A DNA stretch of 64,000 bases from an uncultured Frankineae bacterium (GTDB lineage: Bacteria; Actinomycetota; Actinomycetes; Mycobacteriales; SCTD01): NCBI GenBank assembly GCA_902805775.1, contig CADCUB010000120.1, positions 2,153 to 66,152 on the forward strand, given 5' to 3'. The notes under the pieces were generated by a model that saw only the letters and a program-made list of their open reading frames with translations, was not told where the DNA came from and searched no databases. This document shows positions 53,045 through 64,000 of this stretch, in pieces (positions within the stretch are counted from its first letter, which is position 1; every line of letters begins with the position of its first letter). The position numbers and the translations under genes were made by a program.

Positions 53045-54097
53045 TCAGTCCAGGTCGCGCCGCGAGAACAGGACGATCCCGAGGCCCAGCACGAGCAGCG
53101 TGACCGCGGTCAGGACCAGCCCGCCCTGCAGGTTGCCGACGACGACCTCGCGCTCGGTGACGGAGAAGACCCCGTTGCGGTCGGTGACTCCCTCGGAGAA
53201 CAGCAGGAACGAGGTCCCGCCCTCCAGGACCAGAGCGGCGGCGTTGGTCGTCAGCAGCCACTCCTGCCAGGCCGGCCGGAGGGCACGCACGGCGTTCTCC
53301 ACGACGACGACGTAGACGAAGCCGGCACCCAGCGCGGCGGCCGTGTTGCGGATCAGGTTGGCCAGGGCGAAGCCGAGCAGTGCCACGAGCACGGCCAGCA
53401 GCACGCTGCGTCCGCCGGCGGCTGCGAGCTCGCGCCAGAAGCCCGGCGGCGCGTCCACGGTGCCGCGCGTCTCGGCGAGGACCCGGGCCGCGACGGCCCA
53501 GACCGCCTGCGTGGCCGCGGCGAGCACGGCGATCGTCAGCGCCAGCACCGTGGTCTTGGCCAGCATGACCTTGACCCGGCGCGGCTCCCAGAACAGCAGG
53601 GCCACGATCGACCGGGTGGACCACTCGGCGCCGATCCAGGTGGCGCCGACCAGGAAGGCGAACGCGGCAGTGGCCGCTGCGACGACGGCGGCGCCGGCCG
53701 GGCCGTCCTCGCCCAGCACGAACGGGCGCTCGTCGACGAACTGCTCAGGGCCGCCCATGCTCTCCACGGTCGGCCGGGGACCGCAGAACTGCTCCGGGCT
53801 CGTGCCCTCGGGGAGGTCGGTCGAGGTCAGGCACTGCTCGTAGAAGACCTGCGACTCGGCGAGCACCCGCTCGAGCTCGGCCTGCGCCTCGGCCTGGCCG
53901 GCGGCGGACGGCGCGGCGAACTGCGTCGACGCGACGGCCAGCAGACCGGCGAACCCGAGCAGCCCGAGCAGGACCAGGACCCGGATGAAGCGGCGCGAGC
54001 GCATCCGGTGGCCCTCGGCCCGCAGCAGGGAGCCGCGGGGAGGAGGTGCGGCGGGCGCCGGAGCGCCGGAGGTCTCGGTCTGCAGCGTGGCGGTCAT
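53045..54097 (-). CDS. ABC-2 type transporter permease
   Basis: LLRAE, TM helices, GAEW...EPRR, FSRRD. Confidence 0.88.
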   Translation of the reverse strand: MTATLQTETSGAPAPAAPPPRGSLLRAEGHRMRSRRFIRVLVLLGLLGFAGLLAVASTQFAAPSAAGQAEAQAELERVLAESQVFYEQCLTSTDLPEGTSPEQFCGPRPTVESMGGPEQFVDERPFVLGEDGPAGAAVVAAATAAFAFLVGATWIGAEWSTRSIVALLFWEPRRVKVMLAKTTVLALTIAVLAAATQAVWAVAARVLAETRGTVDAPPGFWRELAAAGGRSVLLAVLVALLGFALANLIRNTAAALGAGFVYVVVVENAVRALRPAWQEWLLTTNAAALVLEGGTSFLLFSEGVTDRNGVFSVTEREVVVGNLQGGLVLTAVTLLVLGLGIVLFSRRDLD

Positions 54098-55011
54098 GCG
54101 GCGTCTCCGGTCAGCTCGAGGAACGCGGACTCCAGGTCGGCCGCGACGGGCGTCAGCTCCGACAGGTACAGCCCCGCCTCGGCCAGCGTCCGGGTGAGCT
54201 CGTCGGGCCGCCCGACGCCCGACACCACGAGCGCGCCGTCGTCGGCGCGCTCGACCCGGTGTCCGGCCCGGGCCAGCGCGACCGTCGCCCCCGCCGCGTC
54301 GTCGACGCGCAGCCGTACCCGTCCGCTGGTGCGCGTCGAGAGCACCTCGGCCACGCGGCCACGGGCGACGCAGCGTCCGCGGCTCATGATCGAGACGTGG
54401 TCGCAGACCTGCTGCACCTCGGCGAGCAGGTGGGAGGACAGGAACACCGTCGTGTGACCGTCGGCCCCGAGGCGGCGCACCAGCTCCCGGACGTCACGGA
54501 TGCCGGCCGGGTCCAGGCCGTTGCTCGGCTCGTCCAGCACCAGCAGGCGGGGGGCCTTGAGCAGGGCGGCGGCGATCCCGAGGCGCTGCTTCATGCCGAG
54601 CGAGTAGCCCTTGAAGCGCTCGTCGGCCCGCTCGCGCAGGTCGACGATCTCCAGGCACTCCTCGACGCGGGTGCGGCTGACCCCGGCCGTCTCGGCGAGC
54701 AGCTGCAGGTTGAGCCGGCCGGAGAAGGTCGGGAAGAACAGTGGCGTCTCCACCAGGGCGCCCACCGAGGCCAGGACCGACGGCAGGGCCGCCGGCACCG
54801 GCTCGCCGAGCAGCCGCAGCTGGCCGGCGTCGGCACGCACCAGTCCCAGCAGCACGCGGATGGTGGTGGTCTTGCCCGACCCGTTCGGTCCGAGGAAGCC
54901 GTGCACGCCGCCGTCGTCGACGTGCAGGTCGAGGTCGTCGAGCGCCCGCAGCGGCGGCTTGCCGCGGCGGCGGTAGGTCTTGGTGACGCCACGGACCTCG
55001 AGGACGCTCAT
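54094..55011 (-). CDS. ABC transporter ATP-binding protein
   Basis: GPNGSGKTT, YSLGMKQR, LDEP, SSHLL. Confidence 0.95.
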   Translation of the reverse strand: MSVLEVRGVTKTYRRRGKPPLRALDDLDLHVDDGGVHGFLGPNGSGKTTTIRVLLGLVRADAGQLRLLGEPVPAALPSVLASVGALVETPLFFPTFSGRLNLQLLAETAGVSRTRVEECLEIVDLRERADERFKGYSLGMKQRLGIAAALLKAPRLLVLDEPSNGLDPAGIRDVRELVRRLGADGHTTVFLSSHLLAEVQQVCDHVSIMSRGRCVARGRVAEVLSTRTSGRVRLRVDDAAGATVALARAGHRVERADDGALVVSGVGRPDELTRTLAEAGLYLSELTPVAADLESAFLELTGDAA

Positions 55012-55034
55012 GACAGGAGCTGGATGTCGGTCAC
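55008..55034 (-). CDS. 8-aa leaderless micro-ORF MTDIQLLS
   Basis: TCGACA-N16-CATACT-N6-GTG; TGA overlaps the ATPase ATG. Confidence 0.45.
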   Translation of the reverse strand: MTDIQLLS

Positions 55035-55035
55035 G

Positions 55036-55057
55036 TACGCAGTATGCATACGCCGTA
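55036..55057. promoter_or_regulatory. Palindromic operator over the ABC operon promoter
   Basis: TACG-CA-GTATGCATAC-GC-CGTA. Confidence 0.6.
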
Positions 55058-55141
55058 TCGGTTGTCGAGCGACTTCGCAGCGGCGCGTCGCCGAGGACCG
55101 GTCCCGCGCACCTCGCCGGGGCCGGTCGCCGGCCCGACGTC

Positions 55142-55840
55142 CTAGACCGCGCAGGCGTCCCCGTCGCAGCCTGGACCGGCTGCCGTCCGCGCCATCTGCA
55201 GCGGCGCGCGCTCCGCCCATGCCTGGGCCAGGACCTGCTCGAGGGCCTGCGCCGGCTGCGCGCCGGAGACGCCGTAGCGGCCGTCCACGACGAAGAACGG
55301 CACCCCGGTGATGCCGTACGCCCGCGCCTGCGCCTGGTCGCCGCGGACCTCGGCGGCGAAGCGGTCGGTGGCCAGCACCTCCCGCGCCTCGTCGGCGTCC
55401 AGACCCGCCTCGGTGACCAGGCGGACGAGCGTCTCGGCGTCGCCGATCGGCTCGCCCTCGGTGAACGTCGCACGGAGCAGCCGCTCCTTGACCGCGTCCT
55501 GCACGCCGCGCTCGGCGGCGAGGTGCAGCAGCCGGTGCGCGTCGAAGGTGTTGCCGGGGCGGGCCCTGTCGAAGCGGAGCTCGAGGCCGTCCTGCGCCGC
55601 GGTGGCGGTCATGGTGTCGACCATCTGCTGGGCCCGGGGGACGTCGGTGCCGTACTTGGCGGCGAGGTTCTCGGCGTAGCCGCCCGTGCGCTCGGCCGGG
55701 GCGGTGCTGTCGAGCTCGAACGCCCGCCAGACCACCTCGACCTCGTCGCGGTGCGCGAACCCGGCCAGCGCCTGCTCGAAGCGGCGCTTGCCGACGTAGC
55801 ACCAGGGACAGACGACGTCGGACCAGATCTCCACCTTCAT
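55142..55840 (-). CDS. DsbA/FrnE family oxidoreductase
   Basis: WSDVVCPWC, NTFDAHR, GVPFF, SGAQ, C-terminal CDGDAC. Confidence 0.93.
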   Translation of the reverse strand: MKVEIWSDVVCPWCYVGKRRFEQALAGFAHRDEVEVVWRAFELDSTAPAERTGGYAENLAAKYGTDVPRAQQMVDTMTATAAQDGLELRFDRARPGNTFDAHRLLHLAAERGVQDAVKERLLRATFTEGEPIGDAETLVRLVTEAGLDADEAREVLATDRFAAEVRGDQAQARAYGITGVPFFVVDGRYGVSGAQPAQALEQVLAQAWAERAPLQMARTAAGPGCDGDACAV

Positions 55841-55844
55841 GCCC

Positions 55845-55876
55845 GGTGCAACGGACGGCGGGGACGGGGTCATCCC
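55845..55876 (-). promoter_or_regulatory. SigH/SigR-type promoter, leaderless
   Basis: GGGAT-N18-CGTTGCACCGGGC-ATG. Confidence 0.5.
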
Positions 55877-56241
55877 GAGCGGGTGCGGCGCACCCGGATC
55901 GGCCCCTTCGCCGTCGACGGGTCGACGACGTGCCCGCCCTGGGTGATCTCGACGAGCCCGCGCGCGACCAGCCTGCGGGCGGCAGCGCGGGCCGGCTCCA
56001 TGAGCGGGCGCCAGTCGTCGCCCCCGACCGCCCGGGCCGCTTCCGAGGGGCAGATCGTCGCGCCGCCGGCCCGCTGCGCCAGCAGGTCGAGCACGCTCTG
56101 CTCGAGGGCCGCGTCGGTGGGCTGCTGCCCCCTGCGCCGGCAGGCCTGCGAGCACCAGCGGACCGCGTCCCAGTCGCGCTCCCACCTCCGGCGCCAGGTG
56201 ATCGTCCGTCCGCAGGCCGCACAGGTCTTGTCCGGCCTCAC
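55870..56241 (-). CDS. DUF2256-DUF3253 fusion protein
   Basis: KTCAACGR..WRRRW..VRWCS..C followed by TICPSEAAR...ITQGG...KGPIR. Confidence 0.88.
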   Translation of the reverse strand: MRPDKTCAACGRTITWRRRWERDWDAVRWCSQACRRRGQQPTDAALEQSVLDLLAQRAGGATICPSEAARAVGGDDWRPLMEPARAAARRLVARGLVEITQGGHVVDPSTAKGPIRVRRTRSG

Positions 56242-56717
56242 GTGACCGCCAGGCCGACGAGCCAGGTGGCGACCATCAGGACGCCCGCGGCGAGCTCTGC
56301 CAGCACCCCGAGGCCCACCGCCCTGAGCACCCGCACGGTCGACCGGCGTGCCTGCGGGCCTGGCCCCAGGCGCCGGGACTCCGCCAGGTAGGTGCCGGCC
56401 ACCCCGCCGAGCAGCAGCCCGAGCGGCGGCAGCACGAGCAGCCCCGCGACGGCTCCGGCGCCGGCCGCCAGCAGGGTCGAGCGGGGGAGGGCGCCGGCCA
56501 GGTGGCGGCCGGGCAGGGCGAGCTTGAGCACGAGCCCGGCCACGAACAGCGCCGCCATGACCCCGACGACCACCCAGCGGGCGGTTCCGCCGTCGACCAC
56601 GAGGGCCGCCCAGGCGATCCCGGCGGCGAGCACCAGCGCCGTGCCGGGCAGGACGGGCACCAGCACACCGGCCAGACCGACCAGCATGACGAGGGCGATC
56701 AGCGCGCTGTCGACCAC
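56238..56717 (-). CDS. DUF456 family membrane protein
   Basis: GVLVPVLPG, PLGLLLG..GTYLAE. Confidence 0.85.
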   Translation of the reverse strand: MVDSALIALVMLVGLAGVLVPVLPGTALVLAAGIAWAALVVDGGTARWVVVGVMAALFVAGLVLKLALPGRHLAGALPRSTLLAAGAGAVAGLLVLPPLGLLLGGVAGTYLAESRRLGPGPQARRSTVRVLRAVGLGVLAELAAGVLMVATWLVGLAVT

Positions 56718-56721
56718 CGGG

Positions 56722-57642
56722 CTACACCGGCAGCGGCGTGTCGAGCACCTGCTCCGTGAGCTCCCACAGGCGCGCTGCCGTGGCCGGGTCCGTCGCGGTG
56801 GCAGGCAGGTCGACCAGCTCCGGCCGTCCGCGGGACTGGCCGAGCCGGGTGGGGCCGACGTACGACCCGCCCGGCGTGCTGGAGTGCAGCCCGCGCAGGG
56901 TCGGCTGGGCTCCCGCCGCGGCGGACTGCAGGGCCACGCGGCTCAGCAGCGAGGCCACCGGCGCGAGCAGGGACAGGCCGTTGCCCTGCACCGTGCGGCG
57001 GAACAGGTTCGTCGAGCTCACCCCCGGGTGGACGGCCACCGTCGTCACGGGGGACCCGGCGACGGCGCCGCGGCGGTGCAGCTCGCGGGCGAACAGCAGG
57101 TTGGCCTGCTTGGTGTCGGCGTAGACCTGCTGCGGCCGGTACGGCACCGGTGCGACGAGCTCGTCGCGGGTCGTCGCGGCCGTCAGCCCTCCGCTGCGGG
57201 CGGCGATGCTCGAGACGAGGACGACCCGGCCTGCGCTGGTGTGCAGCAGCGGCCACAGAGCGGTCACCAGCGCTGCGTGTCCGAGGTGGTTGGTGGCCAT
57301 CTGACGCTCGAAGCCCTGCGCGCTGAGCTGCAGGGGCCCGCCCATGATGCCGGCGTTGCAGACCAGTGCAGCCAGGCTCTCGTGCTCGTCGCGGAGCCGC
57401 TGCGCGCACCGGCGGACCTGGTCGAGGTCGGCGAGGTCGAGCTCCACGACGCTCGCCGAGCCGGGGCCGTGCAGTCGTGCGCGGGCCTGCTCGCCCTTCG
57501 CGGTGTCGCGCACCGCCAGCACGACGCAGGCTCCCCGTCCGACCAGGTCGCGCGCCGCCTCCAGCCCGATGCCGCTGTTGGCGCCGGTGATCAGGATGGT
57601 GCGGCCGGTCTGCTCCCCGAGCTGCCGGGCGTCCCAGGTCAT
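56722..57642 (-). CDS. Short-chain dehydrogenase/reductase
   Basis: TGANSGIG, NAG, TNHLGH, YADTK, HPG. Confidence 0.93.
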   Translation of the reverse strand: MTWDARQLGEQTGRTILITGANSGIGLEAARDLVGRGACVVLAVRDTAKGEQARARLHGPGSASVVELDLADLDQVRRCAQRLRDEHESLAALVCNAGIMGGPLQLSAQGFERQMATNHLGHAALVTALWPLLHTSAGRVVLVSSIAARSGGLTAATTRDELVAPVPYRPQQVYADTKQANLLFARELHRRGAVAGSPVTTVAVHPGVSSTNLFRRTVQGNGLSLLAPVASLLSRVALQSAAAGAQPTLRGLHSSTPGGSYVGPTRLGQSRGRPELVDLPATATDPATAARLWELTEQVLDTPLPV

Positions 57643-57699
57643 GCGAGCGAGCGTACGGGCGCCCGCGCCGGCTCCGCGCGTCGGCGGAGTCGGCTGCCG

Positions 57700-59787
<2,088 letters not shown>

Positions 59788-59794
59788 CCGGACG

Positions 59795-59816
59795 ACCCTG
59801 CCAGAGGCGACCGACA
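59795..59816 (-). promoter_or_regulatory. PafBC/RecA-NDp-like DNA-damage promoter
   Basis: TGTCGG-N10-CAGGGT, 7 nt before the recQ GTG (consensus TGTCGG-N10-TANNNT). Confidence 0.6.
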
Positions 59817-59876
59817 GGACCGCAGGGCCCTGTGGACGCGCTGCGCCGACGACCCCGGACGGCCCTCGTCGGCCGC

Positions 59877-60683
59877 CTACCGCGGCGGCAGGGTGAGCGT
59901 CGCGCCGCGGGCGAGCGGCCGTACGCCCGACAACCCCCGGCGCTCGACCTCGGCGAGGAAGTCCGACAGGGGGCTGGTGAACACGCCGTAGTCGTCGTAG
60001 TGGACGGGCACGGTGGTGCGGGGCCGGACGATCTCGAGCAGGTCGGCGCCCTCGCGGGCGTCCATCGTGACGAGCACGCCCAGGCCGAGCACACCCGGGA
60101 TGCGGGTGCCGCCGAGGTGCCAGAGCCCGAGGTCGAGGTCGGGATGGCGCACCGGCACCTGGCGCAGCTCGTCGATCAGCAGCGTGTCGCCGGTGATGTA
60201 GACCGACAGCGGGTCGTCGGCGACCGGCGCGAACTCCAGGACGGAGCCGTTCACCGGCGGCAGCAGGGCCTGCAGCGGTCCCCGGGCGTGCCTGCCCGGC
60301 GCGGCCGTGATCCTCAGGCGGGAGCCGTCGGCCGCGGTGAGCTCGTGCACCTGCCACGTCCTCAGGCCGACCGCGCGGGAGAAGCCCCACGACCGCAGCT
60401 CGCGCGCCCCGGCGACCGTCGTCACGATCGGGACGTCCTTGGGCAGCGCGTCCCGGGCGATCCGGTCGAAGTGGTCCTCGTGCAGGTGCGAGAGCACGAC
60501 GGCGTCCAGCGGCGGCAGGTCGGCGACCTGCATCGCCGGCTCGGTGCGCCGGACCGACGACAGGCCCTTGCCCAGGTAGGCCCGCTGGCCGCGGTGCAGG
60601 AAGTTCGGGTCGGTCAGCAGCGTGAAGCCGCCGTACTCGACCAGGGTCGTCGCGGTCCCGATGAAGGTGAGGCTGCCGGTCAC
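59877..60683 (-). CDS. MBL-fold metallo-hydrolase
   Basis: LTDP, SHLHEDH, ITGD, PVHY. Confidence 0.9.
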   Translation of the reverse strand: MTGSLTFIGTATTLVEYGGFTLLTDPNFLHRGQRAYLGKGLSSVRRTEPAMQVADLPPLDAVVLSHLHEDHFDRIARDALPKDVPIVTTVAGARELRSWGFSRAVGLRTWQVHELTAADGSRLRITAAPGRHARGPLQALLPPVNGSVLEFAPVADDPLSVYITGDTLLIDELRQVPVRHPDLDLGLWHLGGTRIPGVLGLGVLVTMDAREGADLLEIVRPRTTVPVHYDDYGVFTSPLSDFLAEVERRGLSGVRPLARGATLTLPPR

Positions 60684-60693
60684 CCCGAGGCGC

Positions 60694-60999
60694 CTACCCA
60701 GCCGTCCCCGGTCCCACCAGCAGGGCGGCGGCGGCCAGGCCCGCCAGGACGCTGACCGCGACCAGGACCGGGAACGCCGTTCCGGCCGGGCCCCGCCCCT
60801 GCGCCCGCCCCGTCCCCTCCGGTCGCTTCGCCCTGACCACCGCCGCGGACACGCCGGCCTCGACCGAGAGCAGCGCGAGGGCCAGGCCGGGCAGGCCCAC
60901 CCAGGCCAGGACCGCCGCGGTCCCCAGCAGCGGCACGACGTACACCACGACCAGGACGACCAGCTCGGCGCGGTCCGGTCGGGGGTGGGCGTCGCTCAC
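60694..60999 (-). CDS. Small membrane protein (101 aa)
   Basis: Three hydrophobic segments; fills the gap upstream of the MBL gene. Confidence 0.6.
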   Translation of the reverse strand: MSDAHPRPDRAELVVLVVVYVVPLLGTAAVLAWVGLPGLALALLSVEAGVSAAVVRAKRPEGTGRAQGRGPAGTAFPVLVAVSVLAGLAAAALLVGPGTAG

Positions 61000-61116
61000 C
61001 TGCCCAGTCTGGACCCGGGCCGGGCGGCGGATCGGCGAGACTGGACGCGCACGCGGTCCGACGAGGCCGCACAGGCGCGCCCAGCACGGGGCGCTCCGCG
61101 ACACGAGGGTGAGCAG

Positions 61117-62391
61117 ATGAGCGAGTTCGGCAGGATCGACGACGACGGCACCGTCTACGTGCGCACGCCCGACGGCGAGCGGGCCGTCGGCTCCTGGCAG
61201 GCCGGGACGCCGGAGGAGGGCCTGGCCCACTTCGCCCGCCGGTACGAGGTGATCTCGACCGAGGTCGCCCTGCTGGAGCAGCGGCTGCGCTCGGGCGCCG
61301 GCGACCCGCAGCAGGTGGCGCAGAGCGCGACCCGGCTCAAGAAGACGGTCCCGACCGCCGCGGCCGTCGGCGACCTGGCCGCCCTCGAGCGCCGCGTCGA
61401 CGGGCTGCTGGAGAAGACGGCCGACGCGGTGGAGGCGGGCCGGGTGGCCAAGGCCGAGGCGCGCGCCCGGGCCGCGGAGGCCAAGACGGCGCTGGCCGAG
61501 GAGGCCGAGCGCCTGGCCGGCACCTCCGAGTGGAAGACCAGCGGCGAGCGCCTGCGGACCCTCGGCGACGACTGGAAGCGCCTGCCCCACCTCGAGCGCA
61601 AGGCCGAGGACGAGCTCTGGCAGCGCGTCGCCGCGGCCCGCAAGCGCTTCACCGAGCGGCGCACGGCGCACTTCGCCGCCCTCGAGCAGCAGCGCAGCGT
61701 CTCGCAGGAGCGCAAGGAGAAGCTCATCGCCGAGGCCGAGAGCCTGTCGTCCTCGACCGAGTGGGGACCGACCGCCGGGCGCTACAAGGCGCTCATGGGC
61801 GAGTGGAAGACGGCGGGGCGCGCGCCCCGCGACGTCGAGGACACGCTGTGGACCCGCTTCAAGGCGGCCCAGGACGCGTTCTTCTCGGCCCGCAACGCCC
61901 ACTTCTCGGTGCAGGACGAGGAGCTGCGCGGCAACCAGAAGGTCAAGGAGGAGATCCTCGCCGAGGCCGAGACGATCGACCCGGCGCAGGGCGTCGACCG
62001 GGCCAAGGCTCGGCTGCGCACGCTGCAGGACCGCTGGGAGGCGGCCGGCAAGGTGCCCCGCGACGTCATGCGCTCGCTCGAGGACCGGATGAGCGCCGTG
62101 GAGGACAAGGTCCGCTCGGCCGGCGACGCCCGCTACGCACGCTCGGACGAGTCGCCGTTCACCGCCAAGCTGCGGGAGAAGGTCGTGGAGCTCGAGGCCA
62201 AGCTCGACCGGGCGCGCGCGGCCGGCCGGCCCACGGCCGAGCTGGAGGCCGCGCTCACGACGCAGCGCCAGTGGCTGGCCCAGGCGGGCGGGTCGACCTC
62301 CGGCGCGCCGGTCGCGGCGGCCGCGCCGGCTCCGGCGCCGGCTCCGGCTCCCAAGAAGAAGAGCACCAGCGGCTGGGTGCGCGCGGACTAG
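61117..62391 (+). CDS. DUF349 domain protein
   Basis: FGRIDDDGTVYVRT..GERAVG.W and repeated helical K..L..EAE...W...LW.RF units. Confidence 0.92.
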   Translation: MSEFGRIDDDGTVYVRTPDGERAVGSWQAGTPEEGLAHFARRYEVISTEVALLEQRLRSGAGDPQQVAQSATRLKKTVPTAAAVGDLAALERRVDGLLEKTADAVEAGRVAKAEARARAAEAKTALAEEAERLAGTSEWKTSGERLRTLGDDWKRLPHLERKAEDELWQRVAAARKRFTERRTAHFAALEQQRSVSQERKEKLIAEAESLSSSTEWGPTAGRYKALMGEWKTAGRAPRDVEDTLWTRFKAAQDAFFSARNAHFSVQDEELRGNQKVKEEILAEAETIDPAQGVDRAKARLRTLQDRWEAAGKVPRDVMRSLEDRMSAVEDKVRSAGDARYARSDESPFTAKLREKVVELEAKLDRARAAGRPTAELEAALTTQRQWLAQAGGSTSGAPVAAAAPAPAPAPAPKKKSTSGWVRAD

Positions 62392-62420
62392 GACCGCGCC
62401 CAGCGGGCCTGCTTGCCCAC

Positions 62421-62488
62421 TCGGCCTGTCCGTCCGTACCGCGCTGGACGGCGCGTCCGGGCGTCGGTGCGGGCGGACAAGGGCCGGA
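62421..62488 (+). terminator. Long imperfect hairpin between convergent genes
   Basis: TGTCCGTCCGTACCG pairs with CGGTGCGGGCGGACA (two G-U), with an inner GGACG/CGTCC stem. Confidence 0.55.
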
Positions 62489-62496
62489 GGGCTGCG

Positions 62497-63195
62497 CTAC
62501 ACGACCCGGGCGCGCAGGAACTCCACCGTCCGCGACCAGGCGAGCCCCGCGTCGGCCTCGCTGTAGGTGCCCAGGGCGTTGGTGTCGTTGTGGAACGCGT
62601 GGGCGGCGTCGTAGAAGTGGAACTCGACCTCGACGCCCGACTCGCGGCGGATCTGCTCGGCCTGCGCCCGCGCGTCGTCGGCGGGGTAGAAGTCGTCGCG
62701 CTCCCCGTAGTGCCCCTGCACGGCGGCCGTCAGGCCCTCGTAGGTCCGGGGGACCGCCGGCCCGACGCCGTAGTAGGGGACCGCGGCGCTGACCCGGCCG
62801 TCCTGCTGGACCGCCAGCATCAGGACGAAGCCGCCGCCCATGCAGAAGCCGACCGCACCCACGGTCGCGCTGGTGACGGCGTCGTGCGCCAGCAGGAAGT
62901 CGACCGCCCCGCCGAGGTCGCGGGCGGCCTGCTCGACCGGCAGCTCGGACATCAGCTGCCCCGCCTCGTCGGCGTCGTGGGTCGTGCGTCCGCCGAACAG
63001 GTCCGGCGCCAGCGCGACGAAGCCCTCGGCGGCGAGCCGGTCGGTGACGTCCGCGATGTGGTCGGTCAGCCCCCACCACTCCTGGACGACGACGACGGCC
63101 GGGCCGCTGCCGGACGGCGGCAGGGCGAGGTAGCCGTGGGCCTGACCGCTCCCGCTCGGGAAGGAGGTGTTCTGGCGGGACGCGTGCTCGGTCAT
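62497..63195 (-). CDS. Dienelactone hydrolase family protein
   Basis: QEWWGL, APDLF, GFCMGG, YYG, HAF. Confidence 0.94.
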   Translation of the reverse strand: MTEHASRQNTSFPSGSGQAHGYLALPPSGSGPAVVVVQEWWGLTDHIADVTDRLAAEGFVALAPDLFGGRTTHDADEAGQLMSELPVEQAARDLGGAVDFLLAHDAVTSATVGAVGFCMGGGFVLMLAVQQDGRVSAAVPYYGVGPAVPRTYEGLTAAVQGHYGERDDFYPADDARAQAEQIRRESGVEVEFHFYDAAHAFHNDTNALGTYSEADAGLAWSRTVEFLRARVV

Positions 63196-63230
63196 GGCGG
63201 CCTCTCGGACGTGCGGATGGTCGCCCTTCT

Positions 63231-63410
63231 CTACACCGGCTCGCCGGCCGGCACGACCTCGGGGCTCGGCTCCAGCGGCGGCGGTGGCAGCAGGTCCGGC
63301 TCCTGCAGCGGTCCGGGGTCGTCCGGCACGGGGGTCTGCGGGTCGAGCGGCGGCGCCGTGCCCGGCGGTGGGCTGGGCGCGGGCTCGAGGGGGCGGGCGT
63401 CGAGGTCCAT
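63231..63410 (-). CDS. 59-aa proline-rich acidic small protein
   Basis: ATG to TAG, third codon positions almost all G/C, AAGGCT-N6-ATG; below the ORF-track cutoff. Confidence 0.6.
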   Translation of the reverse strand: MDLDARPLEPAPSPPPGTAPPLDPQTPVPDDPGPLQEPDLLPPPPLEPSPEVVPAGEPV

Positions 63411-63440
63411 GGGACCAGCCTTGCCCGGCCGCCGCGACCT

Positions 63441-64000
63441 CTAGCCCTGCCCGGGCTCGGGCGGCAGGTGTGCGGCCAGCGGCGTCCGCAGGACGGCCTC
63501 GGCAAAGGCGTCGCGGCCCTCCGCCGCCAGCATGCCGTTGACCTCGAGCGAGGCCAGGCCGTGCGTGGTCACCCAGCACGTGCGGGCCAGCTGCTCGGCG
63601 TCGGCGCCGACGAGCGTGCCGGCGTCCAGGCACTGCTGCGCGGCCTCGACGACGCGCCCCAGGGTGGCGCTGCGGCCGACTCCTCGGGTGGCCCGGGCCG
63701 GGGTGAAGCCGGGGATCGCCCGGCCGAACATCACCGAGAAGAAGGCCGGCTCGTCGAGCGCGAACGCGCGGTAGCCCCGCCCCAGCGCGATCAGCCGCTC
63801 CGGGTCACCCGGGGGTGGCGCGGCGTCGAGCGCCGCCGCCATGGCGGCGCCGAGCCGGCGGAACCCCTCGGCGTACAGCGCGTCCGCCAGGCCCGGCTTG
63901 CCGCCGAACAGCGTGTAGACGATCTGCGTCGACCCGCCCGACTCCGCGGCGATGCGGCGCAGCGAGAGCGCGTGCGGGCCCTCCTCGGCCAACGCGCGCG
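63441..64000 (-). CDS. TetR-family regulator (5' end outside window)
   Basis: LSLRRIA...IVYTLFGGK HTH; W..THG (WHG-type) C-terminal domain. Confidence 0.9.
   Translation of the reverse strand, partial: RALAEEGPHALSLRRIAAESGGSTQIVYTLFGGKPGLADALYAEGFRRLGAAMAAALDAAPPPGDPERLIALGRGYRAFALDEPAFFSVMFGRAIPGFTPARATRGVGRSATLGRVVEAAQQCLDAGTLVGADAEQLARTCWVTTHGLASLEVNGMLAAEGRDAFAEAVLRTPLAAHLPPEPGQG

Overview
Very GC-rich actinobacterial chromosome segment, about 63 CDS, mostly housekeeping and stress genes. I found no rRNA, tRNA, CRISPR, integrase, transposase or phage genes and no obvious low-GC island. Main blocks: tldD/tldE; an M6 metalloprotease with an overlapping small partner gene; ppk2; a TPP-riboswitch thiamine cluster (cytX-thiE-thiO-thiS-thiG-thiE-like-thiD, followed by a hotdog thioesterase and a methyltransferase) with two divergent tenA genes; GH65 plus beta-PGM; four helicases (DeaD, HrpA, DinG, RecQ-PRT); a HipA-like kinase/DUF3037 pair; gltA, ndh, argA; and a PAS-GAF-GAF-PP2C sensor. 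Many genes look leaderless (a TANNNT-like hexamer 6-8 nt before the start). The most notable unexplained signals are: (1) three 5-8 codon micro-ORFs whose stop overlaps the next gene's start, one directly behind the riboswitch RBS; (2) the signal-peptide-less M6 protease and its partner; (3) the HipA-like/DUF3037 module; (4) an identical 11-bp motif upstream of both dinG and recQ; (5) twin REP-like hairpins after hrpA; (6) an unannotated 59-aa polyproline ORF. All family calls come from reading motifs by eye, without database searches.
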